NCBI GenBank assembly: GCA_019058275.1
Contig: JAHLVW010000050.1
Location: 12,834 to 76,833, forward strand
Direction of reading: 5' to 3'
Source of the DNA: Candidatus Heimdallarchaeota archaeon
Lineage (GTDB): Archaea > Asgardarchaeota > Heimdallarchaeia > JABLTI01
DNA: 64,000 nt
Within the stretch, counting starts at the first letter, position 1. Each line of letters opens with the position of its first letter. Shown here in pieces: positions 1 to 10,756 of this stretch. The notes under the pieces were generated by a model. That model ran no database searches. It was not told where the DNA came from and was given only the letters and a program-made list of their open reading frames with translations. Position numbers and translations under genes: made by a program.

Positions 1-1
1 A

Positions 2-1192
2 ATTGCAGGAGTTTGTGCATTGGGGTTATTGTTTCTGATTTTCTTAATTAGTAGATACAGGAAATTTAAGACCAATGAGTATGTAATCAGATTTAGAAAT
101 GGTAAAATAAAATCAGCTGGAAAAGGTGGCAGATGTTTTCTTATGCCCATAATAGATGAAATAGTGGTTATACCTACAACAACCCAACAAACATTTCTTG
201 AGGCAAAAGAAAAAGTTCTTTCAAGAGAATTTCAAGACGTATCTGTAAATGCGTTTGTATTCTGGAAAGTCATTAAACCTGACGTAGCCTTTACTGCTGT
301 CTCATGGAATGTAAGAGAAACTGATTACATTGAGACGATCATTAAAAACGCAGCAGAAAGTATTATTCGTACAACATGTGCAAATATGCCTTTAGAAGCA
401 ATTATTAGAGAAAGAAATGAAATCATTACTGCTGTATCAAAAGAGCTGCACGATTTGTTAGCTGATATGGGCATCGTTGTCATTTCCGTTGAAATTAGAG
501 ATGTTGAAGTATTGAATCCAACACTCAAATCAAATATGGAAGCTACAAAACAGATAAACGAAGAAGAAACTGCAAAACTAAGAAGAGCTAAAATGGAAGA
601 AGTTACCAGACTAAGAGATCTAGAAGTTACAAGAAAAACAGGAGTTCAAGAACAATCAGTTCAATTAGTAATACAAAAGGAAGCTAAAAACAGAGAAATT
701 CAGATTCAAAAACTTGAAATGAATAGAACTGAAATTGAAGCTGATACATTGCGAAAGAAAGTTACAATTGAAGCAGATGCAGAATATGAAAGAATGAAAA
801 GAATAGCTGACGGTGAACGAGCACAGCTAATTGCTAAAGCTCAAGGTGAAGCTGCAGCTGTAAAAGAGAGACTTATAGCTGAAGCTGATGGTATTCTTGA
901 ACAAGTTCAATCATTATCTCAAGCAGATCCCAAATTCTTCCAACTTAAAATAGTTGAAATGCTTCCTGAGATCTACAGACAATTAAATGTAGACAAAATG
1001 TTTGTTATGGGCGATGGGCAGCAAGCATTTTCAAGTATAGCTGAATCAATCATACCATTCCTAACTGTTCTTCCAGAGATCACTGGCAGAAGTCTTGCTT
1101 TCTCAAAAGAAGTATCTGAAACAGTAACAACGAAAGCAAATACAAAAGATAAGAAACAACTACCTGCTGCAAAGAAAGTTGAGAAAAAATAG
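2..1192 (+). CDS. SPFH/band-7 (flotillin-like) protein, 5'-truncated by window edge
   Basis: N-terminal TM, SPFH-like core (EYVIRFRNG...GIVVISVEIRDV) and EA-rich coiled-coil tail (EADAEYE, KAQGEAAA, AEADG). The frame is open upstream of the track start at 20 (IAGVCAL) to the window edge. Adjacent NfeD-like gene is the usual partner. Confidence 0.88.
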   Translation: MAGVCALGLLFLIFLISRYRKFKTNEYVIRFRNGKIKSAGKGGRCFLMPIIDEIVVIPTTTQQTFLEAKEKVLSREFQDVSVNAFVFWKVIKPDVAFTAVSWNVRETDYIETIIKNAAESIIRTTCANMPLEAIIRERNEIITAVSKELHDLLADMGIVVISVEIRDVEVLNPTLKSNMEATKQINEEETAKLRRAKMEEVTRLRDLEVTRKTGVQEQSVQLVIQKEAKNREIQIQKLEMNRTEIEADTLRKKVTIEADAEYERMKRIADGERAQLIAKAQGEAAAVKERLIAEADGILEQVQSLSQADPKFFQLKIVEMLPEIYRQLNVDKMFVMGDGQQAFSSIAESIIPFLTVLPEITGRSLAFSKEVSETVTTKANTKDKKQLPAAKKVEKK

Positions 1193-1195
1193 CTG

Positions 1196-1261
1196 CATGA
1201 ATTTTCTAGTTAAAATTCATGACTCTCATTTGAGAGAATCATGGGAGAATAGCTCTCCCAT
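1196..1261 (+). promoter_or_regulatory. Three overlapping stem-loops in the flotillin-nfeD spacer
   Basis: CATGAATTTT/AAAATTCATG (1196-1221), CTCTCA/TGAGAG (1223-1236), ATGGGAGA/TCTCCCAT (1241-1261). Confidence 0.5.
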
Positions 1262-1348
1262 CTTCAATTATTTAATTTAGTAAAAAATTACAACAAATAA
1301 TGATAGAAAGAACAAAATGAAGATTAACTCAGGAGGTAAAAATAAAAG

Positions 1349-2200
1349 TTGACATTTTTTGGCTCAATACTTGAGATAATCACAGTAAATGCTGATTTAT
1401 TAGCATGGGAAATATGGCTGAAAGGTTTCTGTATTGGGTTCTTTATTTTTGGGTTAATCGTTTTTGCTGTTGTATTTGTAACCATGGGTTTGAGTGCTGG
1501 TCATAGTCTATCTCAAGATGTTGATCATGATGCTGATTTATCTATAGATAAGGATGTATCAATAGACAAAGACATTTCTATCGACAAAGATATCTCCATT
1601 GATAAGGACATCTCTGTGGATAAAGACATATCAATAGACAAGGATGTGAGTCTAGACAAGGATATACCAGCTGGTTATGAGCTAGGCATTCAAACACCTG
1701 ATCATATTGCTGGTCCTTTACACGTTGAAGAAGGGACAGCAGCACCATTGATGTTATCATTAGCAGTATTCTCGATAAGTTTTGGAGGATTAGGTTTACT
1801 ATTGTTTTGGCAACAACCAGATATGAATTCTTATAGTCGTTTATCAGTGGTATTACTGGTACCAATTGTCTTAGCAGTTTTAGTAGATCTTATATGGCGA
1901 AGGATTGCGGTTTCTGAGACCTATCGTTTACCAACAAACCAAGATTTTATCGGAACAGAAGCAGTTGTTTTTGTAAATGTAGATTCAGAAGGTGGAACAA
2001 TTAGAGTGGAACTTCCAGATCAATTAGAACCACTAAAAGTTCCTGCGAAAGCAGTTCATAAACATCAAGAATTTTTACGAGATCAACTTGTGTTTATAGT
2101 TGGAGTAGATAAAAACTTCTACTTAGTTGATGATACACGTGATTTACTAACAGGTAAACAGTCTAAGACTATTAATTCAGAAATAGATAAAGAGGAGTAA
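1349..2200 (+). CDS. NfeD-like membrane protein (flotillin partner) with DKDISI repeat linker
   Basis: Three TM segments, C-terminal OB-like NfeD region (FIGTEAVVFVNV..GGTIRV), GGAGG RBS upstream, follows SPFH gene. Confidence 0.75.
   Translation: MTFFGSILEIITVNADLLAWEIWLKGFCIGFFIFGLIVFAVVFVTMGLSAGHSLSQDVDHDADLSIDKDVSIDKDISIDKDISIDKDISVDKDISIDKDVSLDKDIPAGYELGIQTPDHIAGPLHVEEGTAAPLMLSLAVFSISFGGLGLLLFWQQPDMNSYSRLSVVLLVPIVLAVLVDLIWRRIAVSETYRLPTNQDFIGTEAVVFVNVDSEGGTIRVELPDQLEPLKVPAKAVHKHQEFLRDQLVFIVGVDKNFYLVDDTRDLLTGKQSKTINSEIDKEE
1529..1666 (+). repeat. In-frame 18-bp tandem repeat, about 8 units encoding D(K/A)D(I/V/L)S(I/V/L)
   Basis: Units start at 1529, 1547, 1565, 1583, 1601, 1619, 1637 and 1655 with extensive synonymous variation. 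Confidence 0.95.
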
Positions 2201-2203
2201 ATA

Positions 2204-3092
2204 CTAGAGCAGTATTTTTTTAAGATGGGCTTTTAGCTCTGGACCAATCTCCTCATCTTTCAAACAAAATTCTACAAATGCTTTTGCGTATAGAGGGAAG
2301 GTTCCTGTATCAAAACGAATTTCATTGTTCTGCAGTTCTAAAGCAACGATTTTGTTATTTTCTCGAGATAACCTTATTGCATCAGTAAGTTGTTTTTCAC
2401 CGCCTTTTCCAAAACCAATTTTTTCTATGTAATCAAAAATTCTGGTTTTGAAAACATATCTGCCACAAATGGCTAGATTACTTGGAGCTTCTTCGATAGA
2501 AGGTTTTTCAACTAAATCTTCTACAATGTACTTACCTGTGTGATTTTTGGAACTTATTAATCCATTATATTCTTTGATTGACATAATTCCGTAACGATTA
2601 CAATGTTCAATTGGTATTCGCTCTGCTGAGAGTGTACAGAGAGCTTGTGTTTCCTTATGAAAATTAATTAACCTCAACAAGTGATTGGGATTTTGCTGAG
2701 AATCAATAATGGTATCACCTAATGTTACAACAAAATCCTCTCCATTAACAAATTTCTTTGCCAAATAGACAGCATCAGCTAGACCAGTAGTTACTGCTTG
2801 TCTTACATAAAAAATCTGTACGCTCAGGTTTTCAAGAGCTTCCAGATCACAGATTTGGGCAACCTTATTCCTCTTCTTTAAGTCCTCCAAAAGAATAGGA
2901 TCTTTATCAAAATGATCATCTATAGCTCGTTTATTTTTACCAGTAATAATCAGAATTTCCTTAATACTTGCATCTACAAGATCTTCTACAATATATTGTA
3001 TTACTGGTTTTTTTGCTACGGGCAACATTTCGTTTGGTTGCAGGAAGCAACCTTGTTCCTAATCCCGCTGCTCGGATTATACCTTTCAACAT
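2204..3092 (-). pseudogene. galU: UTP-glucose-1-phosphate uridylyltransferase, frameshifted near 3032
   Basis: ATG at 3092 gives MLKGIIRAAGLGTRLLPATK, then one stray base, then EMLPVAKKP in another frame. About 11 nt of the conserved TKxxPKEMLP are missing. The rest carries GLADAV, LGD and VEKP motifs. Confidence 0.85.
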
Positions 3093-3240
3093 TATTCACA
3101 TCCAAATTTTATCGAGTTGCAATCTTTGTGTCTTCAAAGATTACTATCAAGTAAATTCTCGACAAAAATTCCTTATAAATAGCTAAAAAATGAAATACAA
3201 AATATGCATTGAAAAATAAGAAAAAAGGAACATCTAAAAA

Positions 3241-4701
3241 TTAGATGTCTCTTGAATCATAATTTTTATTTGAATCACGATTATTTGGATGGAAGAAATC
3301 AATAATCTTTTCGGAAATACGCTTTAATTCTCTTCTTGGATTTGGGAAGTTTTTCAAAAGATCCCAACCAATATCTAATGATTCAAAGATATTTCGATTC
3401 TCATCCCTACCTTGGTTGATGAATTTTCCTTCAAACTCATCAGCAAATTGAAGGAATCGATGGTCTTCCTCAGTCAAAGATTCTTCACCAACGACTGCAA
3501 CAAGGTTACGAAGGTCAATACCTCTAGCGTATGCATAGTATAATTGATCTGCAAGTTCTTTATGGTCTCTACGAGTTAATCCCTTGCCAATACCTTCTTT
3601 CATAAGACGACTTAGTGATGGACCTACATTTATTGGAGGATAAATTCCACGTCTATGTAATCCTCTATCTAACAAAACTTGACCCTCTGTAATGTATCCA
3701 GATAAATCTGGTACTGGATGAGTCATATCATCGTTTGGCATGGAAAGGATAGGCATCTGTGTAATTGTTCCTTTTCTACCCTTAATACGACCAGCTCTTT
3801 CATAAATGGATGCTAAATCAGAATAGAGATAACCAGGATAACCTCTTCTACCAGGTACTTCTTCTCTTGCAGCGCCAATTTCTCGGAGTGATTCTGCATA
3901 GTTTGTCATATCTGTTAGAATTACTAGCAAGTGCATATCGCATTCAAAAGCGAGATATTCTGCAGCAGTTAAAGCTAATCTTGGAGTAATAATTCGTTCA
4001 ATTGCTGGATCATCAGCTAGATTAAGGAAAAGAACTACTCGATCAAGAGCTCCGCTCTTTTCGAATTCATTTCTAAAGAATTGTGCTTCTTCTGCAGTAA
4101 TGCCCATTGCTGCAAATACTACTGCGAAATCCTCTTCTCGACCTAATACTGCAGCTTGTCGTGCGATTTGTGCAGCAACTTCGTTATGTGGAAGTCCGCT
4201 TGCAGAAAAGATAGGTAGTTTTTGACCACGAATAAGAGTAAATAATCCATCCAATGTTGATATTCCTGTTTGAATAAACTCTCGAGGATATTGTCTTGCA
4301 TATGGATTTATTGGCGAACCTGAAATAGGCAACTCATCGTCTGGTATAATAGGAGGTTGTCCATCAATAGGCTCACCTCTACCAGAGAAAATTCTACCGA
4401 GCAAGTCATTTGACACAGGAAGTTTCATTGTTTCTCCTATGAATTGAATTGTTGTTTGATCAACATCCATTCCAGAAGTTCCTTCAAAAAGCTGGACAAC
4501 AGCTAAATCCCTTGAAACTTCTAGTATCTGCCCAGAGCGTTCTTCACCTGATGGAAGTTTTATTCGAGCTATTTCACCGTAGGAAACTCCTGCTTTGCCT
4601 TTCAAGTCAACAAATAACAAAGGACCAGATACTTCAGTTGCTGTTTTAAAAATTCTTTTTGATAATGATTCTGGATTTATTTTTGATGGTGTTTGAGTCA
4701 T
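3241..4701 (-). CDS. atpB: A/V-type ATP synthase subunit B
   Basis: [45 protein letters not shown] motifs. Confidence 0.97.
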   Translation of the reverse strand: MTQTPSKINPESLSKRIFKTATEVSGPLLFVDLKGKAGVSYGEIARIKLPSGEERSGQILEVSRDLAVVQLFEGTSGMDVDQTTIQFIGETMKLPVSNDLLGRIFSGRGEPIDGQPPIIPDDELPISGSPINPYARQYPREFIQTGISTLDGLFTLIRGQKLPIFSASGLPHNEVAAQIARQAAVLGREEDFAVVFAAMGITAEEAQFFRNEFEKSGALDRVVLFLNLADDPAIERIITPRLALTAAEYLAFECDMHLLVILTDMTNYAESLREIGAAREEVPGRRGYPGYLYSDLASIYERAGRIKGRKGTITQMPILSMPNDDMTHPVPDLSGYITEGQVLLDRGLHRRGIYPPINVGPSLSRLMKEGIGKGLTRRDHKELADQLYYAYARGIDLRNLVAVVGEESLTEEDHRFLQFADEFEGKFINQGRDENRNIFESLDIGWDLLKNFPNPRRELKRISEKIIDFFHPNNRDSNKNYDSRDI

Positions 4702-4712
4702 TTCTATTGCTC

Positions 4713-6524
4713 CTAATCTTTCTTCAAATCAGTCATCATTCGACCGCTGATACGATCAACAATGTCATCAGCATGGAGAGCATCAATTTCTGCTAGAATT
4801 CCTGCGAGCTCACCTTCTGCTTTTTCGTTGGGTATGTATTTCATACGTGTTATTTTATCAATGATTGGCAAATTCATCATTTCAGGAAGTTTTACTCCTT
4901 GATTATACAACTCTCGCATTTTATTATAAAAGTCAATAATAACTTTGAGCATTGACCATTGTTTCTGAATTGTTGAATAACTGTCAACTTCATTGAAAGC
5001 ATTTTGTTGTAGAAAGTCTTCTTTGATCATCCTAGCTGCTTCCAGAATAATCTTTTCGGATTCAGGAAGAGCTTCAGGACCTACAAGCTGCACAATATCC
5101 TCCAACTCCTTGTCCTTTTGGAGTAGAGCCATTGCTTCAGATCTATATCTTAAGAAGTTTGGATCAACCTCTTTTGAAAACCAAGGACTTAATTCATTAG
5201 TATAAAGTGTATAAGATACTAAGTAATCAATCGCTGGAAAGTGCCTTCTTGCTGCTAAATCCTTACTAAGAGCCCAGAAGACTTTAGTAATTCTTAAAGT
5301 GTTTTGAGTAACTGGTTCAGAAAAATCTCCACCAGGAGGACTTACTGCACCTGTAATTGTGATTGATCCTTGTCTATCCTCAGTGCTAAGAGTTCTTACT
5401 CTACCAGCTCTTTCGTAAAATTGTGCGATTTTACTGGCAAGATAAGCTGGGTAACCAGATTCACCAGGCATTTCTTCTAACCTACCTGATATTTCCCTCA
5501 TAGCTTCTGCCCAACGAGAAGTACTATCAGCCATTAATGCGACATCGTATCCCATATCTCTATAGTATTCTGCCAAGGTCATCCCTGTATAGACACTTGC
5601 TTCTCTAGCAGCTACAGGCATATTACTTGTGTTTGCTATCAGAATAGTTCTATTCATTAATGGTTCACCTGTATTTGGATCTATCAATTGAGGGAAATCT
5701 TCAAGAACGTTGGTCATTTCATTTCCTCTTTCTCCACAACCAATGTAGACTACAATCTGGGCATCAGACCATTTAGCTAATTGGTGCTGAGAAACAGTTT
5801 TTCCTGTTCCAAATCCTCCGGGAATTGCACTTGTACCTCCCTTAGCAATTGGGAAGAAAGTGTCAAAAACCCTCTGTCCGGTAAGTAGTGGAATAGTTGG
5901 TTCTAAACGTTCTTTAATTGGACGACCAAAACGAACTGGCCATTTTTGAAGCATTGGAACATCTATTTCACTTCCATTATTTTTTATTTTGAAAATTGGG
6001 TCATTAATTGTATAATCGCCAGCTTTAACGATACTTGAGATTGTTCCTTGAACACCAGGTGGAACCATAACTCTATGGGATACAACTGGTCCTTCTTGAA
6101 CAGTTCCTATAATATCTCCTGTGACTACTTTTGCTCCTTTCGCAACTGTTGGAACAAAAAGCCATTTCTTATCATATTCTAAAGGAAGAGTAACTACTCC
6201 TCTTCGTATGAAATCATCTTTAGTTTGTTCTAAAATTAATGGTAAGGGACGTTGAATTCCATCGTAGATTTGACCTATTAATCCAGGAGCTAATTCAGCA
6301 CTTAAACCTACTCCAGTTCCTACGACTTTTTCATTTGGTAAGAGACCAACCGTTTCCTCATATACCTGAATTGTGCAAACTTCCCCTTGTATTCTGATAA
6401 TCTCGCCAATAAGCCCTTCATCGCCAACTTTACAGACTTCATACATTGAACTTCCTAGCATCCCATCGGCTTCAACTACGGGACCAGAAATTCTTAGAAT
6501 CTTTCCAATTCTTTCTGTTGACAC
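4713..6524 (-). CDS. atpA: A/V-type ATP synthase subunit A
   Basis: P-loop [52 protein letters not shown]. Confidence 0.97.
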   Translation of the reverse strand: MSTERIGKILRISGPVVEADGMLGSSMYEVCKVGDEGLIGEIIRIQGEVCTIQVYEETVGLLPNEKVVGTGVGLSAELAPGLIGQIYDGIQRPLPLILEQTKDDFIRRGVVTLPLEYDKKWLFVPTVAKGAKVVTGDIIGTVQEGPVVSHRVMVPPGVQGTISSIVKAGDYTINDPIFKIKNNGSEIDVPMLQKWPVRFGRPIKERLEPTIPLLTGQRVFDTFFPIAKGGTSAIPGGFGTGKTVSQHQLAKWSDAQIVVYIGCGERGNEMTNVLEDFPQLIDPNTGEPLMNRTILIANTSNMPVAAREASVYTGMTLAEYYRDMGYDVALMADSTSRWAEAMREISGRLEEMPGESGYPAYLASKIAQFYERAGRVRTLSTEDRQGSITITGAVSPPGGDFSEPVTQNTLRITKVFWALSKDLAARRHFPAIDYLVSYTLYTNELSPWFSKEVDPNFLRYRSEAMALLQKDKELEDIVQLVGPEALPESEKIILEAARMIKEDFLQQNAFNEVDSYSTIQKQWSMLKVIIDFYNKMRELYNQGVKLPEMMNLPIIDKITRMKYIPNEKAEGELAGILAEIDALHADDIVDRISGRMMTDLKKD

Positions 6525-6749
6525 TATGCATAGCCTCTTGGTATTTTGATATTAGGTCTTTTTATTAGTTAGGAAAGTTTTTGGAATTATTATTTTGTTA
6601 ATCCAAACAATACTCTAACACAGATTCTTGAAAAATAAGTTACATAAAAAAGCTTTGTCAATTAAATGAAATAAAAAATGATGAAAATGATAAAATTTTA
6701 TCAAATTCAACTGTAAAATTGATTTCCCAACCAATTGTAAATAAGGAAA

Positions 6750-7301
6750 TTAAGAGATTTTGAAGAATTCAGAGAAAATGTCTTCTTCCTCTATTGGTTT
6801 ATCACCTGCAGGAGCTCGTTCTTCCATTGTTAGCTCGTCTTCATCGGGTTCACCAGCAGCGCTTTCAATTACCTTACAGAAATCAGAATGCAATTTAATT
6901 GGAATGGGTATTTGAGAGTCTAGTAATTCTACTGTGACTTCTTCTCGACCAACATCGATACGATTGATCTTTGCACGACTACCTTTGAAAGGACCACTGA
7001 TAATTTCAATAATATCGTTTACATGCAATCCTTCTATAGTTGGTTTTGGTACTAGAAATCCTTCTAACTCAGTTATTTCTACTTCGCCAACAACTCTACT
7101 TCTTACATGGGGTATTCCAATAATTGCTTGATCTACAAATTCAATATTATCTGATTCAATGAAAATATAGCCACGTAAAGCTTCAGGAACAAGTAAAGAA
7201 AATATACCAATCTTTTTATTTTCAATTTTCTTCCTAATGTGTTTTGCAATAGCTTTTTCTTGACCAATAGTTGCTCGTAAAGTCCAAATAGTCATGTTCA
7301 T
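6750..7301 (-). CDS. spt5: Transcription elongation factor Spt5 (NusG family)
   Basis: NGN domain (GQEKAIA, LRGYIFIE) plus KOW motif (IEIISGPFKG); acidic tail; next to secE. Confidence 0.93.
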   Translation of the reverse strand: MNMTIWTLRATIGQEKAIAKHIRKKIENKKIGIFSLLVPEALRGYIFIESDNIEFVDQAIIGIPHVRSRVVGEVEITELEGFLVPKPTIEGLHVNDIIEIISGPFKGSRAKINRIDVGREEVTVELLDSQIPIPIKLHSDFCKVIESAAGEPDEDELTMEERAPAGDKPIEEEDIFSEFFKIS

Positions 7302-7490
7302 ACCATTCCTATAATTTCAACCGCACTTGTTAGATATATTAATCTTTTTTTAGAATCTTATAAAATCTATCCATAAATAAAGTCGGAGAAGATAAAGTCT
7401 TTTTGTTGTAAATAAGTGAATATTTGAATAGAAAATGAATCCATCATATCTCAATGAATTCATAAAATAGATTAATCTATCTCTGAGGTT

Positions 7491-7658
7491 TTATGGTAGG
7501 ATAACTGTGAACAAGATGTGAATTATGTAACCTACTAAACCAACAAGTAAGATACCTATGGCAGTAATTCTGACAGTTAGCCAAATTTCCTTTCGGTCTG
7601 GTTTTTTACTGTGAATTAGCAGACGTCTGCTTCTTGTAAAGAATTCTCCGATGTTCAT
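7491..7658 (-). CDS. secE: Protein translocase subunit SecE/Sec61-gamma (55 aa, absent from ORF track)
   Basis: Translated by hand: MNIGEFFTRSRRLLIHSKKPDRKEIWLTVRITAIGILLVGLVGYIIHILFTVILP. KKPxxxE plus GxxGY TM signature; conserved ftsZ-secE-spt5 synteny. Confidence 0.93.
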   Translation of the reverse strand: MNIGEFFTRSRRLLIHSKKPDRKEIWLTVRITAIGILLVGLVGYIIHILFTVILP

Positions 7659-7881
7659 TCAATTTCACTCCATGTTCTGTTCACAGAAGTGTTTCTGTAA
7701 ATCTAACAATTAGTCTGAAAAAAGGACTATTACTTTAAAATCTTTTGTCATAATTCGAGTTTATGAAAATCTAACTAATGGTCAATAAAGACCAGTTGCT
7801 TAATAGTTTCTGACCAGTCTAATAACAATTAATGTGTATACACACATCTTTAACAATTATTAAATATTCAATTAATATTGA

Positions 7882-9401
7882 ATGCATGGAGCAAAAAGCA
7901 ATATGTCTGCTACAACAGAAAATGAAACATCGAGCATTACAAGTAATCAGAGTCTCATTGACAACAAACCTTCGATAAAAGAGGTTCTTAAGAACAAACC
8001 ATTTATGGTTCTGTTTGGTGCTCAATTTATAGAAAATGTTGGTAGAGCAATATCCGGATTAGCATTAGAGTTTTTCATATGGGAATTGACTAGAAGTCCT
8101 CTAAAAATGGGCATCCTTGCTATTCTATGGTTATTACCATTTGTAATTATTGCTCCATTTGCAGGTGTTTACACTGATAGATTAGATCAAAGAAAGATTA
8201 TGTTTTGGTCTAACGTTTTAAGTATGATCGCTTCCTTAGGATATGTGATTATTTATTTGCTTAGAAACGTGTTAACATTTACAAGAACATATTGGCTGGT
8301 TGTAAGTGAGGGACGAGCTATACATGTTACAGAAATAAATTATGGCTGGGTAATATGGCCACTCTTTATTTTTGCCTTCCTTAATTCTGCTTCACCTGCT
8401 TTCTTCTTCCCTGCAAGAAGTGCTTATACAAGATTAATAGTAAAGAAAAAGAATTTGCTAATTCAATTGGTTCAACAATTTTTCAAATTGCTACAATTGT
8501 AGGATTTGTTATTGCAGGTATTTTAGCAGCTATTAGCTATCTTACAAGTTTTATCTTTGATGCTTCAACATTTTTAGTCTCAGGATTACTGATTTTAGTG
8601 ATAATAAGAATTGGTAAGAAACCGCCAAAAGTGGAACGAGAGAAATCAACATCTCTAAAAGCAGAAATGAAAGGTATAGTTAAAGACATGAGAATTGGTT
8701 ATAGAACAATTAGAGATTATCCAAAGATATCATACATGCTTGTAATCTTCTCAGCAATTACCTTCACTTTCGGAGCAATCAATGTATTATTTATTGTGAT
8801 ACTACAAGGAGAAATGGGATTAAATCAAATGTGGTATGGAGCCCTTCAAGGTGTAATGGGAGCTTCAGGGATCATTACTGCAATAATATTAATGAGTATG
8901 GGGAAAATAAAACGCAAAATACTACTCTTGAATGGTGCTTTTCTCTTAGCAACTATTGCTATGTATTTATTTGCAGTAATTAGAAATCCATGGGGTATGG
9001 CAGCTATATTATTCTCGTTTGGAGTTATTACAGTATGTATTAACATTCCAGCTTCTACATTAATACAAGAGACAGTGCCATATGAAAAGCAAGGCAGAGT
9101 TTTTGGTACACAGCAATTAGTACAAGGTATTGCCCAATTAATTGGGATGGGTATTGTTGCGATAATTGCTGAATATGTCTTACCAATGATTACTTTATTA
9201 GTTAGTTCTGGAATATTGACAATCATAATAGTAATAGGGTTCATTTATTCAGGAAGAAGGGGATTACTAGAAAAAGACTATGATGAAAATGGTGACGTAA
9301 AAAAGGCGAGAATAAATAATATAAACAAACAACTAGAAGATTCAGAATTTTCCATTGAGAAACCAAGCTCTTTTACAGCTGGAGATTCATCAATAGAATA
9401 A
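7882..9401 (+). pseudogene. MFS transporter (macrolide-efflux/DHA3-like) split by a frameshift near 8455-8461
   Basis: Halves 7882-8502 and 8598-9401 join as KKKNLL/NSIGSTIFQIATIVG. Motifs AGVYTDRLDQRK and QETVPYEKQGRVFG. Start may be ATG 7903. Confidence 0.8.
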
Positions 9402-9453
9402 AAATAAAATGGAAGTAATATGAGAATTGAGAAAAAATCTCAAAGCTCATATT

Positions 9454-10593
9454 TTACTGGAATGTTTCTAAACCTAAATCAAGGTCTTCTTCAAAATCAA
9501 TATCTAATCCAAGAGCATTAGAATCTTGTATGTTTGATAGAATATATGGACTTCTCACACCACTTACAACGATGGTAGCACGAATTATTCCTTGTAGGTC
9601 AGGATCAATCAATACACCGAATTTGACAATAATGTCAGTGCTTAATTGATCTGTAACTGCACGAATAACTTCCTCAGTTTGTTTGAGATTCAAATCTTTG
9701 CCACCAGTAATGTTTAGTAGAACACTTTTTGCAGTTCTAATATCAATATCCAACAGTGGGTTACTCAAAGCATCCTCTACAGCTTCTTTCGCTCTATTAT
9801 CAGGACTATCAGATTCACCTAAGCCAATAATTGCTGCTCCACCTTCTCCGAGAACTCTTCGGACATCTGCAAAGTCAACATTAACATCACCAGGTCTATT
9901 AATGAGCTCAGTAAGACCAGTGACAGCTCTAATTAGTATTTCATCAGCAACTAGGAAGGCTTCTTTAAGTGACAAGTCTGGGACAATTTCAATTAGCTTC
10001 TCATTAGGAACAACAATGGTTGTGTCGCTACTTTCATATAGACGTCTCAAACCTTCTCGAGCGTTTTGAGCTTTTATTCGTCCTTCTACATCAAATGGCA
10101 AAGTACAAATTGAAACAGTTAGAACACCTAAGTTTTTGGCTAATCTGGAAATTACTGGAGCTGCGCCTGTTCCAGTACCACCACCAAGACCACAAACAAT
10201 GAAACACATATCTACTTGTGAAAGTATGCCCTTAATTGTCTCACTTGATTCTTCTGCTGCTTCAGCACCTATTTGTGGATCGTTACCTGCACCAAGACCT
10301 CTGCAAAGGGCTCGTCCAAGAAGCATCTTCTTGTGACTGCGAGAATAGAGCAATTGTTGAGCATCTGTGTTAGCAGAAAGTGTAATAGCACCTATAATAC
10401 CTGTTTGATTCAATCTAGTAATAGCGTTATTACCTGCACCACCCACACCGATAACCAAGATTTTAGCTTGAATATCCTCAATTATTTTACGTAAATCATT
10501 GTCTACATCCACGGAATCGTGTTTAGCTTCTCCTTTAGAAAATAAAGAAGGTACCTGCTCTTTTTCAGTTATATTTTTGATAAATGATTCCAA
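9454..10593 (-). CDS. ftsZ: Cell division protein FtsZ
   Basis: GVGGAGNN, GLGAG, GGGTGTG signature, T7 loop NVDFAD. Confidence 0.96.
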   Translation of the reverse strand: MESFIKNITEKEQVPSLFSKGEAKHDSVDVDNDLRKIIEDIQAKILVIGVGGAGNNAITRLNQTGIIGAITLSANTDAQQLLYSRSHKKMLLGRALCRGLGAGNDPQIGAEAAEESSETIKGILSQVDMCFIVCGLGGGTGTGAAPVISRLAKNLGVLTVSICTLPFDVEGRIKAQNAREGLRRLYESSDTTIVVPNEKLIEIVPDLSLKEAFLVADEILIRAVTGLTELINRPGDVNVDFADVRRVLGEGGAAIIGLGESDSPDNRAKEAVEDALSNPLLDIDIRTAKSVLLNITGGKDLNLKQTEEVIRAVTDQLSTDIIVKFGVLIDPDLQGIIRATIVVSGVRSPYILSNIQDSNALGLDIDFEEDLDLGLETFQ

Positions 10594-10756
10594 AGTTCCT
10601 CACCTATAATTTCCTTATATCAAGAGGTAATTAAAAACCCGTGTGAGACCAAGAACATGTTCTAATATTTATAGAGATATTATCTGTGGAATACCTTGAG
10701 GAAAAACCATTAATTTTTGATAAAAATGATGAAAAATGGTTTGAAATTTCCAACAT

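Noticed and set aside
1529-1666. CRISPR-like or VNTR DNA array
   Set aside because: No spacers; units are in-frame codons varying at synonymous sites.
7454-7480. Adjacent palindromes ATGAATTCAT and ATAGATTAATCTAT
   Set aside because: AT-rich palindromes are expected by chance; no second copy noticed.
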